Part shown: piece by piece, positions 35,647-44,860 of the stretch
How the letters are laid out: each line of letters opens with the position of its first letter
How positions within the stretch are numbered: the stretch's first letter is position 1
Source of the DNA: Parcubacteria group bacterium
GTDB taxonomy: Bacteria > Patescibacteriota > Minisyncoccia > Phycocordibacterales > Phycocordibacteraceae
Reading direction: 5' to 3'
NCBI GenBank assembly: GCA_028286545.1
Contig: JAQBRJ010000014.1
Location: 1 to 48,351, forward strand
Length of the DNA stretch: 48,351 bases
Program-made: the position numbers and the translations under genes
The notes under the pieces: model-generated
Database searches by the model: none
What the model saw: only the letters and a program-made list of their open reading frames with translations
Told to the model about the DNA's origin: nothing

Positions 35647-36144
35647 ATGAATACACAGCGCGGATTCACGCTCATAGAACTTCTTGTCGTCATCGCTATT
35701 ATAGGCCTCTTATCGAGCGTTGTTTTAGCGTCGCTCAATGCTGCACGTGTAAAGGCTCGTGACTCTGAACGTATCAGTAATCTGGTGCAGATACGTTCAG
35801 CGATTGAAGCGTACGCGAATGATCATAGCGGCCAATATCCCGTATCGAATACCTGGAGTAGTACGTGCGGAGGCTGGACTGTTACTACTAAAGATAACGC
35901 CGTACCGGGACTCGTGGCCGGGAAATACATTGCCACGCTCCCGGAGGACCCAGAAGTTACTAGGGCTAGCAACCTCTGCTGCTATATGTACAACTCTGGG
36001 GGAGGAACAACTGACTATAAGTTGATGTTATACAACTGCACCAAGTCGCTTGCGTGCTACAACACGACGGCAGGAAGTCGTTTCGTGGATCCGGCACGCA
36101 CGTCTTCGTGCGCGGTATACACGGCGGGAGCTGCCGCGTGGTAA
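35647..36144 (+). CDS. Type IV pilin / GspG-like protein
   Basis: QRG-FTLIELLVVIAIIGLLSSVVLASLNAARVKARD; GQYP and LPEDP motifs; Cys-rich C-terminal half. Confidence 0.9.
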   Translation: MNTQRGFTLIELLVVIAIIGLLSSVVLASLNAARVKARDSERISNLVQIRSAIEAYANDHSGQYPVSNTWSSTCGGWTVTTKDNAVPGLVAGKYIATLPEDPEVTRASNLCCYMYNSGGGTTDYKLMLYNCTKSLACYNTTAGSRFVDPARTSSCAVYTAGAAAW

Positions 36145-36177
36145 GTGGGCGTGCAGCAGCGCGGTATACTGTATCCA

Positions 36178-37035
36178 ATGGCTCTTACTGACAAAGACGT
36201 AGCAGTACTTGAAGGAAAAGCGGAAGCGATTCGCGAAACGATTCTCTCAATGCTCGTGGCCGCGGGAAGCGGCCACACCGCAGGTCCGCTCGACATGACG
36301 GACATCTTCGCGGCATTTTATTTTCATATTCTTAAACACGATCCGAAAAACCCTGACTGGGAAGATCGTGATCGTTTGATTCTAAGTAATGGCCACATTG
36401 TGCCCGTTCGCTACGCTGCCATGGCGCATGCAGGATATTTCCCTGTGGAAGAGTGTCAAACACTGCGCAAGTTCGGGTCACGGTTGCAGGGACATCCCGA
36501 GCGCGAGCGCCTGGAAGGACTCGAAACAACCTCCGGACCGCTCGGCGAAGGTCTTTCTCAAGCCTGCGGTATCGCGTATGCACTTCGTATGGATGGCAAA
36601 AAGAATCATACCTATGTATGTATGGGCGACGGCGAGCAAGACGAAGGTAACGTGTGGGAAGCGGCAATGTTTGCGGCAAAGAATAAGCTCTCGAACATGA
36701 CGGCCATTATCGACCGCAATAATATTCAGATCGACGGCATGACCGAAGACATCATGCCGCTTGGTGATTTGCGCGGAAAATACGAATCGTTCGGTTGGCA
36801 TGTGCTTGAAGTGAACGGTCACGACATCCGTGCGTTTGTTGCGGCAATTGAGGAAGCTCATGCAATTTTTGAAAAGCCAACGGTCATCATTGCGCATACC
36901 ATTGCGGGCAAGGGTATCCCAGAAATCGAATTCGACTATCACTATCATGGATACACGAAGTCACCAGAAGAGGCACAGAAGTTTTTAAAAGAATTGCGCA
37001 CCGCAGCAGGGAAGGTGCCGCACGAATACGCATAA
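36178..37035 (+). CDS. Transketolase N-terminal subunit (TPP-binding)
   Basis: GSGH, RDRLILSNGH, LQGHP, GDGEQDEGNVWEA, DRNNIQIDG, HTIAGKG. Confidence 0.93.
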   Translation: MALTDKDVAVLEGKAEAIRETILSMLVAAGSGHTAGPLDMTDIFAAFYFHILKHDPKNPDWEDRDRLILSNGHIVPVRYAAMAHAGYFPVEECQTLRKFGSRLQGHPERERLEGLETTSGPLGEGLSQACGIAYALRMDGKKNHTYVCMGDGEQDEGNVWEAAMFAAKNKLSNMTAIIDRNNIQIDGMTEDIMPLGDLRGKYESFGWHVLEVNGHDIRAFVAAIEEAHAIFEKPTVIIAHTIAGKGIPEIEFDYHYHGYTKSPEEAQKFLKELRTAAGKVPHEYA

Positions 37036-37043
37036 CCATATAT

Positions 37044-37478
37044 ATGAATACACCACTGCTCGTGCGCGAAGTCGCGCTACGGCTTGCTGCAGCCGTTATA
37101 GGATATTTTGTAATCTTTAGTGCCTACCTGTTTCTCTTTGCTGCGCATGCTAAACATTTGCTCGGTATCTCAGTGCTGCTAAAAGTCAGCGCTACGACGC
37201 TCGCACTTCCATTCATCGAACTTAAACATAACCCTGTTCTTCTGGCACAGCTTTTACGGGCACCGAAAGTGGACCCCAGTCACACCTTCCATGCAGAAAT
37301 CGTTCGCACCCTCATTCTAGGAATCGGCCTGGAAGCGGCTCTCTTTGTATTACTCGCAGCTGTCATCGTAGCATTTGAACGAACACAGAAGACACTCATT
37401 TCTACAATATTCTTTTATGCATGCATGCCCGCACTCCTATGGCTGCTCTGGTCCCAACTCTATTTGTTTATTGCATAG
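37044..37478 (+). CDS. Hypothetical membrane protein (3-4 TM)
   Basis: 144-aa hydrophobic ORF starting 8 nt after the transketolase N stop. Confidence 0.6.
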   Translation: MNTPLLVREVALRLAAAVIGYFVIFSAYLFLFAAHAKHLLGISVLLKVSATTLALPFIELKHNPVLLAQLLRAPKVDPSHTFHAEIVRTLILGIGLEAALFVLLAAVIVAFERTQKTLISTIFFYACMPALLWLLWSQLYLFIA

Positions 37479-37585
37479 TCCGCACCAAGCTTCATATTCT
37501 CCCGCATCAGAATCTGAAAATACATTCAGTAATACTTTAGATCTCCTCGAGCGAATGCTCATCACCAGATTTCTACTATGGGTGA

Positions 37586-37894
37586 ATGGAACTGATTTAT
37601 ATGCCGAAAGTAGCCGAATTTATAGCTTCATTTTCAACGCCAGTAAATCGAAGAATCAGAAAAAATCTTACGTTGCTAGAAATGTATGGAAGTGAACTTC
37701 GCTATCCTCATTCCAAGCCGGTAACCCAGGGCTTATTCGAGCTACGTGTAATAGGATATCTGCATATACGGCTTCTGTATTTCTTTTACGAAAATAGAGT
37801 CATAATTGCTCACGCTTTTATCAAGAAACAGAATAAGATTCCGCGTAAAGACATCCAATACGCTCTTATAATACGGAAGATGTGGGTTGCATAA
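37586..37894 (+). CDS. RelE/HigB-family (Gp49/DUF891-like) toxin
   Basis: G-x-x-L-R-Y-P-H-S-K, GLFELR, RLLYFF, HAFIKKQNKIP; upstream of an XRE gene. Confidence 0.85.
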   Translation: MELIYMPKVAEFIASFSTPVNRRIRKNLTLLEMYGSELRYPHSKPVTQGLFELRVIGYLHIRLLYFFYENRVIIAHAFIKKQNKIPRKDIQYALIIRKMWVA

Positions 37895-37921
37895 ATATCA
37901 CGTATACGTAATACTAGAAAT

Positions 37922-38224
37922 ATGAAGACAACGATGATAAATGGTATAGAGGTTGTGACCAAGAAAGAACTCGATAGAGTACTTTTCAGTAAGCCGGGTT
38001 TTAAAGAAGCCTATGATGAACTTACACCCGAATACGATCTCATTCATGAAATAATTCGAGCGCGTATTCAAGATGGAGTCACCCAGAAAGCGCTTGCGGA
38101 AAAGATTGGTACAAAGCAATCTGCCATTGCACGCTTTGAAAGAGGAGATAGTAATCCTACGCTCGAATTCATGCAGAAGCTCGCACGTGGACTGGGTCTC
38201 AAACTCATCATCACCGTGCAATAA
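37922..38224 (+). CDS. XRE-family HTH antitoxin (HigA-like)
   Basis: FKEAYDEL, ARIQDGVTQKALAEKIGTKQSAIARFERGDSNPTL. Confidence 0.88.
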   Translation: MKTTMINGIEVVTKKELDRVLFSKPGFKEAYDELTPEYDLIHEIIRARIQDGVTQKALAEKIGTKQSAIARFERGDSNPTLEFMQKLARGLGLKLIITVQ

Positions 38225-38233
38225 TAGAAAGTA

Positions 38234-39220
38234 ATGATTAAGTCTGAAGCAAAACTCGTAGAGAATGTGTTCGATAAAAAAATCGAACAAAAGCCGACGC
38301 GTGATGGATTTGGTACGGGCACGGTAGAAGCAGGTAAGGCGAATCCGAATGTCGTGGTGCTCTGCGCAGATCTCGCAGAAAGCACGCGTGCCGAATGGTT
38401 CCAAAAAGAATTTCCTGACCGATTTATTGAAATGGGTATTGCAGAACAGAATATGGCCGCAACAGCTGCGGGCTTTGCTCTTGCAGGAAAGATTCCTTTT
38501 ATAGCTTCGTACGCTGCTTTTTCGCCGGGCCGTAACTATGAGCAAATTCGCACGACCATAGCAATCAACAACATGCCGGTAAAGATTGGCGGTATGCATG
38601 CTGGTGTGTCAGTTGGTCCTGACGGTGCGACCCATCAAATGCTCGAAGACATTGGTCTCATGCGCATGCTTCCGCGCATGGTCGTCATAAACCCCATGGA
38701 CGCTGAAGAAGCTCGCAAAGCAGTGGTCGCTGCGGCGAAAACTTCAGACCCCACATACATTCGCTTCGGACGCTCGTCCGTACCGCTCGTTACGACTACT
38801 GAGACACCATTTGAAATAGGGAAGGCGCAAGTGCTTTGGGAGTCAGAAAAACCGAAGATCGCACTTCTCTCCACAGGTTCGATGAGTTCCACTGCGCTTC
38901 AGGCAGCGCGTGCACTCGAAGCAGACGGCATAGGTTCTATCGTGCTCCATGTCGCAACTATTAAACCACTCGATACTGACGCCGTCGTTGCAGCAGCAAA
39001 GCGCACCGGAAAAGTAATCACCATTGAAGAGCATCAAATTGCAGGCGGCTTTGGAAGCGCTGTGGCAGAATGTCTTTCCGAATACTATCCCGTTCCCATT
39101 ACACGCCTCGGCATTCAAGACGTCTTCGGACAATCCGGCACACCAGAAGAACTCCTCGAACACTACGGACTTTCTGCTGCGCACATTGCCGAAGTCGCTA
39201 GAAAATTTGCAGGCTCGTAA
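38234..39220 (+). CDS. Transketolase C-terminal subunit
   Basis: ADLAEST, EMGIAEQNM, GPDGATHQMLEDI, YIRFGR, EEHQIAGGFGSAV, FGQSG. Confidence 0.93.
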   Translation: MIKSEAKLVENVFDKKIEQKPTRDGFGTGTVEAGKANPNVVVLCADLAESTRAEWFQKEFPDRFIEMGIAEQNMAATAAGFALAGKIPFIASYAAFSPGRNYEQIRTTIAINNMPVKIGGMHAGVSVGPDGATHQMLEDIGLMRMLPRMVVINPMDAEEARKAVVAAAKTSDPTYIRFGRSSVPLVTTTETPFEIGKAQVLWESEKPKIALLSTGSMSSTALQAARALEADGIGSIVLHVATIKPLDTDAVVAAAKRTGKVITIEEHQIAGGFGSAVAECLSEYYPVPITRLGIQDVFGQSGTPEELLEHYGLSAAHIAEVARKFAGS

Positions 39221-39304
39221 AGATGATGGGGGAACCCCGTTACTCTTGACAAATCACAATTTAAATATATTGTACGGATTGGTTTCAACGGGCGGAGAAT
39301 TGCA

Positions 39305-39532
39305 ATGAGTAACATGTGGGGATCCCAAACCTCTTCATCTGAGCGCAAAGGCTTGCGGCGAGGGCTGGTTGGGGTTGGGACTGCCTTGGCAGTCTGCGCA
39401 ATCTTTTATGTCGTCTCGCTCATTTTCTCAGGATTCGGAGATTGGGCGGGCCACTTGCTGGGTACTCCCGTAAGCACCCTGAAAGTGTGGCAGTTGATCT
39501 TAATCATTTGGCTCGCTAATTTCCTCAGGTAG
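39305..39532 (+). CDS. Small hypothetical membrane protein
   Basis: 75 aa with two hydrophobic segments; upstream TTGACA-N16-TATTGT (39246-39273) and GGAG; followed by a terminator. Confidence 0.6.
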   Translation: MSNMWGSQTSSSERKGLRRGLVGVGTALAVCAIFYVVSLIFSGFGDWAGHLLGTPVSTLKVWQLILIIWLANFLR

Positions 39533-39536
39533 GGCC

Positions 39537-39578
39537 AAAACCTCACGATAGAAACAAGACTTCTATCGTGAGGTTTTT
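39537..39578. terminator. Bidirectional intrinsic terminator
   Basis: AAAACCTCACGATAGAA-ACAAGAC-TTCTATCGTGAGGTTTT between convergent genes. Confidence 0.85.
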
Positions 39579-39639
39579 CTATTCTTTTGCTGCTGGCATT
39601 GTGGATATCGAAATACATCTACTCCCCTCACGACTTTTA

Positions 39640-40632
39640 CTACAGATCCGTAACAACGTAGCTCGCAGGTGCTTTTGCGATATAGTCTTCGACTTGAGCG
39701 CGCGTAAGCAGCCCTTTCTGTGCACCGACTTCTTGCACGACAGCCATAGCATTGATGGGTCCCCACAACAGTGCTTTCTCGAGTGGCTCGCCAAGCGAAA
39801 GAGCAACAACAACGGTAGAGGCAAATGCATCGCCTGCGCCGGTGCGCTCGAATGGTCCGCGTGAGTCAGGGTACATCGGTACTTTCATGTAGCGCGTACC
39901 GTCATATCCGTAGGCGCCGTTCGTACCGTCAGTAATGACGACGATGGACGGACCAAGTGTGCGCACCGCAGTCAGAAGCGTTTTGATATCGCGCTCATCG
40001 GGCGTTCCGAGTATGCGGCCGGCTTCTTCGACATTGCAGACAAAGAATTCGCTCCGCTCGTATAGTGGCTTCAGCGCTTCGACACCAAGCGACATCTGAA
40101 AGGTGCCAGGCTGAAAGGCGAGCTTTATTTCTGGATGTAGTTCAAGCATTTCTGTAATTGCATGATGGTACGGCAGGGAGGTAGCAGAAAGCGACGAAAG
40201 ATAGAGCCATTTTGGGGCGTGGGCGAGCGTCGGAACATCGTAGTTGAACGCTTCGTGCTTCACGAGGATGGTGCGCTCGTTGCCGAACCACAATACATAG
40301 TGATGATTCGTGCGCTTGCCGGCTTCGGTAACCATATATTCCGTCTGCACTTTTTCGGCCGTGAGGACGGCGAGGCATTCGCGTCCTTGCACATCATCGC
40401 CAACGTATGCGCGAAGGGCAGAAGAAATTCCAAGGCGCGCCGCCGCAACGGCGGCGTTAGATGCGTTACCCACTGCGGATACATCCACCGCATATTCATA
40501 CGGAATCTTATCGCCAAAACGCATAGCAAGTTCTTCGCCGCCGTGCTCGCCAGGAATTACATGTGCTTCAGTCAATCGTATAAAAGGCTCAGTAACGATG
40601 TCGCCAATGGCGAGAAAATCTAATGGTTCCAT
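39640..40632 (-). CDS. PfkB/ribokinase-family carbohydrate kinase
   Basis: GNASNAAVAAARLG, VGDDVQG, CNVEEA, ITDGTNGA, ERTGAGDAF. Confidence 0.9.
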   Translation of the reverse strand: MEPLDFLAIGDIVTEPFIRLTEAHVIPGEHGGEELAMRFGDKIPYEYAVDVSAVGNASNAAVAAARLGISSALRAYVGDDVQGRECLAVLTAEKVQTEYMVTEAGKRTNHHYVLWFGNERTILVKHEAFNYDVPTLAHAPKWLYLSSLSATSLPYHHAITEMLELHPEIKLAFQPGTFQMSLGVEALKPLYERSEFFVCNVEEAGRILGTPDERDIKTLLTAVRTLGPSIVVITDGTNGAYGYDGTRYMKVPMYPDSRGPFERTGAGDAFASTVVVALSLGEPLEKALLWGPINAMAVVQEVGAQKGLLTRAQVEDYIAKAPASYVVTDL

Positions 40633-40682
40633 ATGCACACTAGTGTAGCACTGCCGATGGGGCTGCTATACTACTCCTATAT

Positions 40683-41684
40683 ATGGTTGATCTTATGGGA
40701 GAAGCACAACGACTACTCGCTCACGGCAAAGGCATACTTGCTGCCGATGAAAGCAATACGACCGCAGACAAGCGCCTTGCGCTGTATGGTATCGCGACCG
40801 GCGAGGAGATGCGACGTCAGTATCGCAATTTATTCCTAACTGCTCCCGGTGTTGAGAAATATATTTCAGGCGTAATTCTGTACGAAGAAACTCTCACGCA
40901 AAAAGCTAATGATGGTACGCCGTTTGCAGAACTTTTGCAGAAGAAGGGAATTATCCCCGGCATAAAAGTCGATCAAGGACTCGAGCCCTTTCCCGAAGGC
41001 GGCGATGAGACAATTACAAAAGGGTTACTCGGATTGCCTGAACGACTCATGGCATTCAAGACGACGTACAACACAGGCTTCACGAAATGGCGCGCAGCGA
41101 TAAAGATCGACGGTACGAGACTACCGACGAACCAAGCGATACATGAGAATGCAAAGCGTCTCGCGAGCTACGCATGCGAAGCGCAGCGCGCAGGCATGGT
41201 GCCGCTCGTCGAGCCTGAGGTATTGCTTGAGGGTGCGCACAGCAGACTTCGTTGTCGCGAAGTGCTCGTTGATACCATTTCAACTCTTATGAGTGCGCTT
41301 GAAGACCAGGCTGCGGATATGTCGGGAGTTATTTTGAAAACCTCCATGGTGCTTTCTGGAAGTACAAGCGGACGTATGGATACGCCGGAAGAAGTGGCGC
41401 AAGACACCGTCGGTGTCTTGCTTGAAACGGTGCCGAAGACTCTTGCGGGCATCGTCTTCCTTTCCGGTGGACAGACTACTGAGCAAGCAACAGCAAATCT
41501 CGCAGCCATAGAAAAAGAGGCAAAAGCACAGAATTCACCCTGGCCCCTAACCTTTTCATATGCTCGAGCCCTCCAAGACGAGGCCCTCACGATATGGGCG
41601 GGGAAAGAGGAAAATGTACCAGCAGCCCAGGCTGCCTTCATTGCTCGCCTCCAGAAGGAAGCTGACGCTTTAGGGGCTGCGTAA
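40683..41684 (+). CDS. Class I fructose-bisphosphate aldolase
   Basis: GKGILAADES, GVILYEETL, PGIKVDQG, KWRA, VPLVEPEVL, LKTSMV, FLSGGQ, TFSYARALQ. Confidence 0.95.
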   Translation: MVDLMGEAQRLLAHGKGILAADESNTTADKRLALYGIATGEEMRRQYRNLFLTAPGVEKYISGVILYEETLTQKANDGTPFAELLQKKGIIPGIKVDQGLEPFPEGGDETITKGLLGLPERLMAFKTTYNTGFTKWRAAIKIDGTRLPTNQAIHENAKRLASYACEAQRAGMVPLVEPEVLLEGAHSRLRCREVLVDTISTLMSALEDQAADMSGVILKTSMVLSGSTSGRMDTPEEVAQDTVGVLLETVPKTLAGIVFLSGGQTTEQATANLAAIEKEAKAQNSPWPLTFSYARALQDEALTIWAGKEENVPAAQAAFIARLQKEADALGAA

Positions 41685-41731
41685 TTTTCTTCGTTGCGCC
41701 AAGGTTCCGAATCTGGTACAGTCTTTTCACT

Positions 41732-42388
41732 ATGACTATTACATTGAATGCCACCAAGCGCACCGAAACCGGCCGCCAGGCAAAGCGTCTTCTTGCTCAG
41801 GATGTGCTTCCTGCCGTTGTATACGGACCAAAGCATGAAGCAGAATCTATATCGCTTTCGCTTCCTGAATTTAAGAAGCTTCTCCGCGAAGGTGGATCAT
41901 CTTCGGTTGTTGAAATAGCTGGTCTCGGTACACCATTCCAGGTACTCATCCATGCTATTGATCGTGACCCTATGCTCGATACCCCTCGTCACGTTGACCT
42001 GTATGCAATCCAGAAGGGTGCAAAGGTGAATGTTGCCGTACCACTTACGTTCGTGGGTGAATCAGCTGCTGTTAAGGCTGGCGCTAACCTTATTAAGGTA
42101 TTGCACGAACTCGAGGTTGAATCTGATCCTTCAAAGCTCCCGCACGACCTTGAAGTTGATATTTCAGGACTCAATGAAATTGGTGATCAGATTCATGTGA
42201 AGGACATAAAGCTTCCCGCAGGCGTTACTACAGCGCTTGAGGCTGAGGAAGTTGTCGCGCTCATCCAGGCACCTGCTGAGGAAGAGGAGGAAACTGCCGG
42301 TCCTGATATGGACGCTATCGAAGTTGAGCAGAAGGGCAAAGGTGAGTCTGAGGACGAGCCTGAAGCAGAAGCACCAGCTGCAGAATAG
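41732..42388 (+). CDS. rplY: 50S ribosomal protein L25 (Ctc form)
   Basis: LPAVVYG, RDPMLDTPRHVDLY, VPLTFVGES, IGDQIHVKDI, acidic tail with KGK. Confidence 0.93.
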   Translation: MTITLNATKRTETGRQAKRLLAQDVLPAVVYGPKHEAESISLSLPEFKKLLREGGSSSVVEIAGLGTPFQVLIHAIDRDPMLDTPRHVDLYAIQKGAKVNVAVPLTFVGESAAVKAGANLIKVLHELEVESDPSKLPHDLEVDISGLNEIGDQIHVKDIKLPAGVTTALEAEEVVALIQAPAEEEEETAGPDMDAIEVEQKGKGESEDEPEAEAPAAE

Positions 42389-42397
42389 GGAAGTTTT

Positions 42398-42447
42398 GGA
42401 CGAAGAAAAAGAGCAGGGCCTATAGGCCCTGCTCTTTTTCTTCGTCC
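42398..42447. terminator. 50-bp perfect palindrome / terminator after rplY
   Basis: GGACGAAGAAAAAGAGCAGGGCCTA|TAGGCCCTGCTCTTTTTCTTCGTCC. Confidence 0.85.
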
Positions 42448-42510
42448 TTTCCATTCTTCGGTATGTTTGTATCAGCACTGCCGTCTACAATGGTATACTT
42501 TTGCTTTGAT

Positions 42511-43896
42511 ATGACTGGTACTTTTTTACGTCGCTCGCTCATCGGGCTTGGCCTTTTGCTCGCCATAACGGCAGCCTTTGCTGTCGTAGTGCATCCGACA
42601 AGCGCACAGACGACTACCGCTGATGTTGCTGCTAAACGCGCAGCCCTTCAGAAGCAACTCGATGACTTGGAAGCGCAGATTGCAGCGACTCAAACGACGC
42701 TCACTGGACTCAATACCGAAGGCCAATCTATTAAACGCGACATAAGCATTCTGGATGCAGGTATCAAGAAGTCGCAGCTCCAAATAAAAGCAACGCAGGT
42801 GCAAATTCAAGCGCTCGCTCAGAACATTACTATCCATGCGTCGACCATTGGCCAACTCTCTGGTCAGCTTGATAGCGAACGCGAATCATTGGCACAAATT
42901 ATTCGCAAAACGCGCGAGATAGACGATTCATCACTCATTGAAGTAGTGTTCTCTGCCGATGACGTCTCGACATTCTTTGGTGACCTTGATTCCTTCACGA
43001 CGTTGAAAGAAGCGCTTGGTAATTCGTCGGATCAGCTCACCAAGACTCGTAACAATACTGAGACCGAAAAAGACGCGCTCGTAGATCAAAAAACTCAACA
43101 AGAAAAGCTGCGACAAATACAGGCAAGCGAAGAAGCAAAAATTCTTGACCAGCAGGCACAAAAGAAAAAGTTGCTCGCTGCAAACCAAAGCACGGCTGCA
43201 ACGTACCAAAGTATTTTCGACACACAACAAAAAACCGCTTCACAGATTCGCGCTGAACTCTTCGCGCTCGCTGGTGGTAGCGGACAGATTTCTCTCCCGG
43301 CCGCTATCTCACTTGCGAAAGCTGCGGGAGCTTCGACCGGTGTACGTCCCGCACTTATCCTCGGCATTTTGAAACAAGAGACCGACCTTGGTCGTAACGT
43401 AGGGCAGTGTTTGCTCACCAACTCTCCAAACAAGGGTGACGGAAAGGGAAAGAATACCGGCACGTTCTTTGATGGTGTGATGAAGCCAACCCGCGACGTT
43501 GATCCATTCATGGCTATTACAGCGGCACTCGGCATTGATCCCTACAGCCAGGTTATTTCTTGTCCACAGGCTGGTGGCTATGGTGGAGCAATGGGTCCTG
43601 CGCAGTTCATTCCATCCACATGGCAACTCTATGCAACGCGTATTGCCGCAGCTGCGGGACATACGGGAACCATTGCCAATCCTTGGAATAACCTCGATGC
43701 ATTTACGGCAACGGCGATTCTTATGGCTGACAATGGCGCGACGGCACAGACGCCAGACGCGGAGCGTCTGGCTGCACTCCGCTACTTCGCTGGTTGGGGT
43801 GGCGCATCGAACCCTGCGTACTCCTTCTATGGCGACAGTGTGATGGGCTTTGCCGATCAGTTCCAGTCTGATATTCAGACGCTTGGGGGAAATTAG
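42511..43896 (+). CDS. Secreted coiled-coil protein with C-terminal lytic transglycosylase (lysozyme-like) domain
   Basis: Signal peptide, PcsB/CwlO-like coiled coil, ILKQET (catalytic Glu), GAMGPAQFIPSTW, NPWNNLDA. Confidence 0.85.
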   Translation: MTGTFLRRSLIGLGLLLAITAAFAVVVHPTSAQTTTADVAAKRAALQKQLDDLEAQIAATQTTLTGLNTEGQSIKRDISILDAGIKKSQLQIKATQVQIQALAQNITIHASTIGQLSGQLDSERESLAQIIRKTREIDDSSLIEVVFSADDVSTFFGDLDSFTTLKEALGNSSDQLTKTRNNTETEKDALVDQKTQQEKLRQIQASEEAKILDQQAQKKKLLAANQSTAATYQSIFDTQQKTASQIRAELFALAGGSGQISLPAAISLAKAAGASTGVRPALILGILKQETDLGRNVGQCLLTNSPNKGDGKGKNTGTFFDGVMKPTRDVDPFMAITAALGIDPYSQVISCPQAGGYGGAMGPAQFIPSTWQLYATRIAAAAGHTGTIANPWNNLDAFTATAILMADNGATAQTPDAERLAALRYFAGWGGASNPAYSFYGDSVMGFADQFQSDIQTLGGN

Positions 43897-43917
43897 TGCA
43901 GAGGAGTGTCGCATAGT

Positions 43918-44331
43918 ATGCACCGCGCACTTGAAACTACACGACGTTCGTACCTCGCGCGCTACTACGTAATGGCACTCGTTGGTGTTTGTATAAACTT
44001 TGGTACGTTTTGGATTCTCTACCATGCACTCGGCGTGTGGTATTTGTTTGCGGCTATAGGAGCATTTGTTCTTCGCTTTCTTTTTAAATTCGCCAGTATC
44101 CGTACGTGGCTTTTTCTCGATCCGCACGCGCCCAAAAGCCTGCGCACACACAGTGCATATTTTATTATTCTTGAACTCTCGAGCTTGGCGGCGAGTTCGC
44201 TCTTGCTCGTCACGCTTGTTGAAGGACTTCGATTTCCACCGTTTGGTGCACTCGTAGGTATTGTGGCGGTAATGAGTGCGGGAAATGCAGTACTTACGAA
44301 GACATTCTTTAGGCCAAGAAATGCTACGTAG
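43918..44331 (+). CDS. GtrA-family membrane protein
   Basis: RYYVMALVGVCINFGTFWIL...GVWYL...F...RTWLF four-TM pattern. Start could be GTG 43906. Confidence 0.65.
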   Translation: MHRALETTRRSYLARYYVMALVGVCINFGTFWILYHALGVWYLFAAIGAFVLRFLFKFASIRTWLFLDPHAPKSLRTHSAYFIILELSSLAASSLLLVTLVEGLRFPPFGALVGIVAVMSAGNAVLTKTFFRPRNAT

Positions 44332-44353
44332 TCGCTCCTGGTATGATGTCGAT

Positions 44354-44857
44354 ATGGAATCTTGGCTTCTCCCTACTCTCTGGTTTGCTGGCTGGTGCTG
44401 GACAATCAATTTGAGTTTAAACGCGCTCGGGTACGCGACGTTTCGTTCCAAAACTCTCCAATCACTCGATAAGCCCTTTGATGGGACCACAACTTTTTTT
44501 GATAGCAGGCGAGTATTCGGAGACTCAACAACGTGGGGAGGATTGGTTGTTGCGCTTGTGCTCGGCGTGGTTGGGGCGCTCCTGTGGCCGGCGCACTATC
44601 TTTTCGTTCTGGCGCTTTTGGTATATGCCGGCCACGCACTCGGAAGTTTCATAAAGCGTCGTCTTGGCTTAGGTCGTGGCTCGTACTTGCCGCTTGTTGA
44701 TCATGTGGATTATTTAATTCTTGCCGGAATAGTCTTATATGCGCTTGATGCGATATCAGGATGGGCAGTACTCTTTTGGATATTCGTCACCATGATCGCA
44801 ACACCGTTCATAACAACCGCAGCATTTTATTTTCGTGTAAGGCGCTCACCACTGTAA
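44354..44857 (+). CDS. CDP-archaeol synthase (CarS/DUF46)-like membrane protein
   Basis: KPFDG...FFDSRRVFGDSTTWGG and GHALGSFIKRRLG...G...PLVDHVD, both resembling CarS motifs. Confidence 0.75.
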   Translation: MESWLLPTLWFAGWCWTINLSLNALGYATFRSKTLQSLDKPFDGTTTFFDSRRVFGDSTTWGGLVVALVLGVVGALLWPAHYLFVLALLVYAGHALGSFIKRRLGLGRGSYLPLVDHVDYLILAGIVLYALDAISGWAVLFWIFVTMIATPFITTAAFYFRVRRSPL

Positions 44858-44860
44858 CGT

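Noticed and set aside
37437-37562. 41-aa minus-strand ORF with a CxxC (WCGLCNK)
   Set aside because: Overlaps the end of the membrane gene, has a single CxxC and no supporting signals; probably chance.
39551-39559. GAAACAAGA resembling the HTH-flanking motif
   Set aside because: Partial match in a terminator loop 22 kb away; expected by chance.
43309-44490. 393-aa minus-strand ORF
   Set aside because: Antisense to three well-supported plus-strand genes, with no recognisable motifs.
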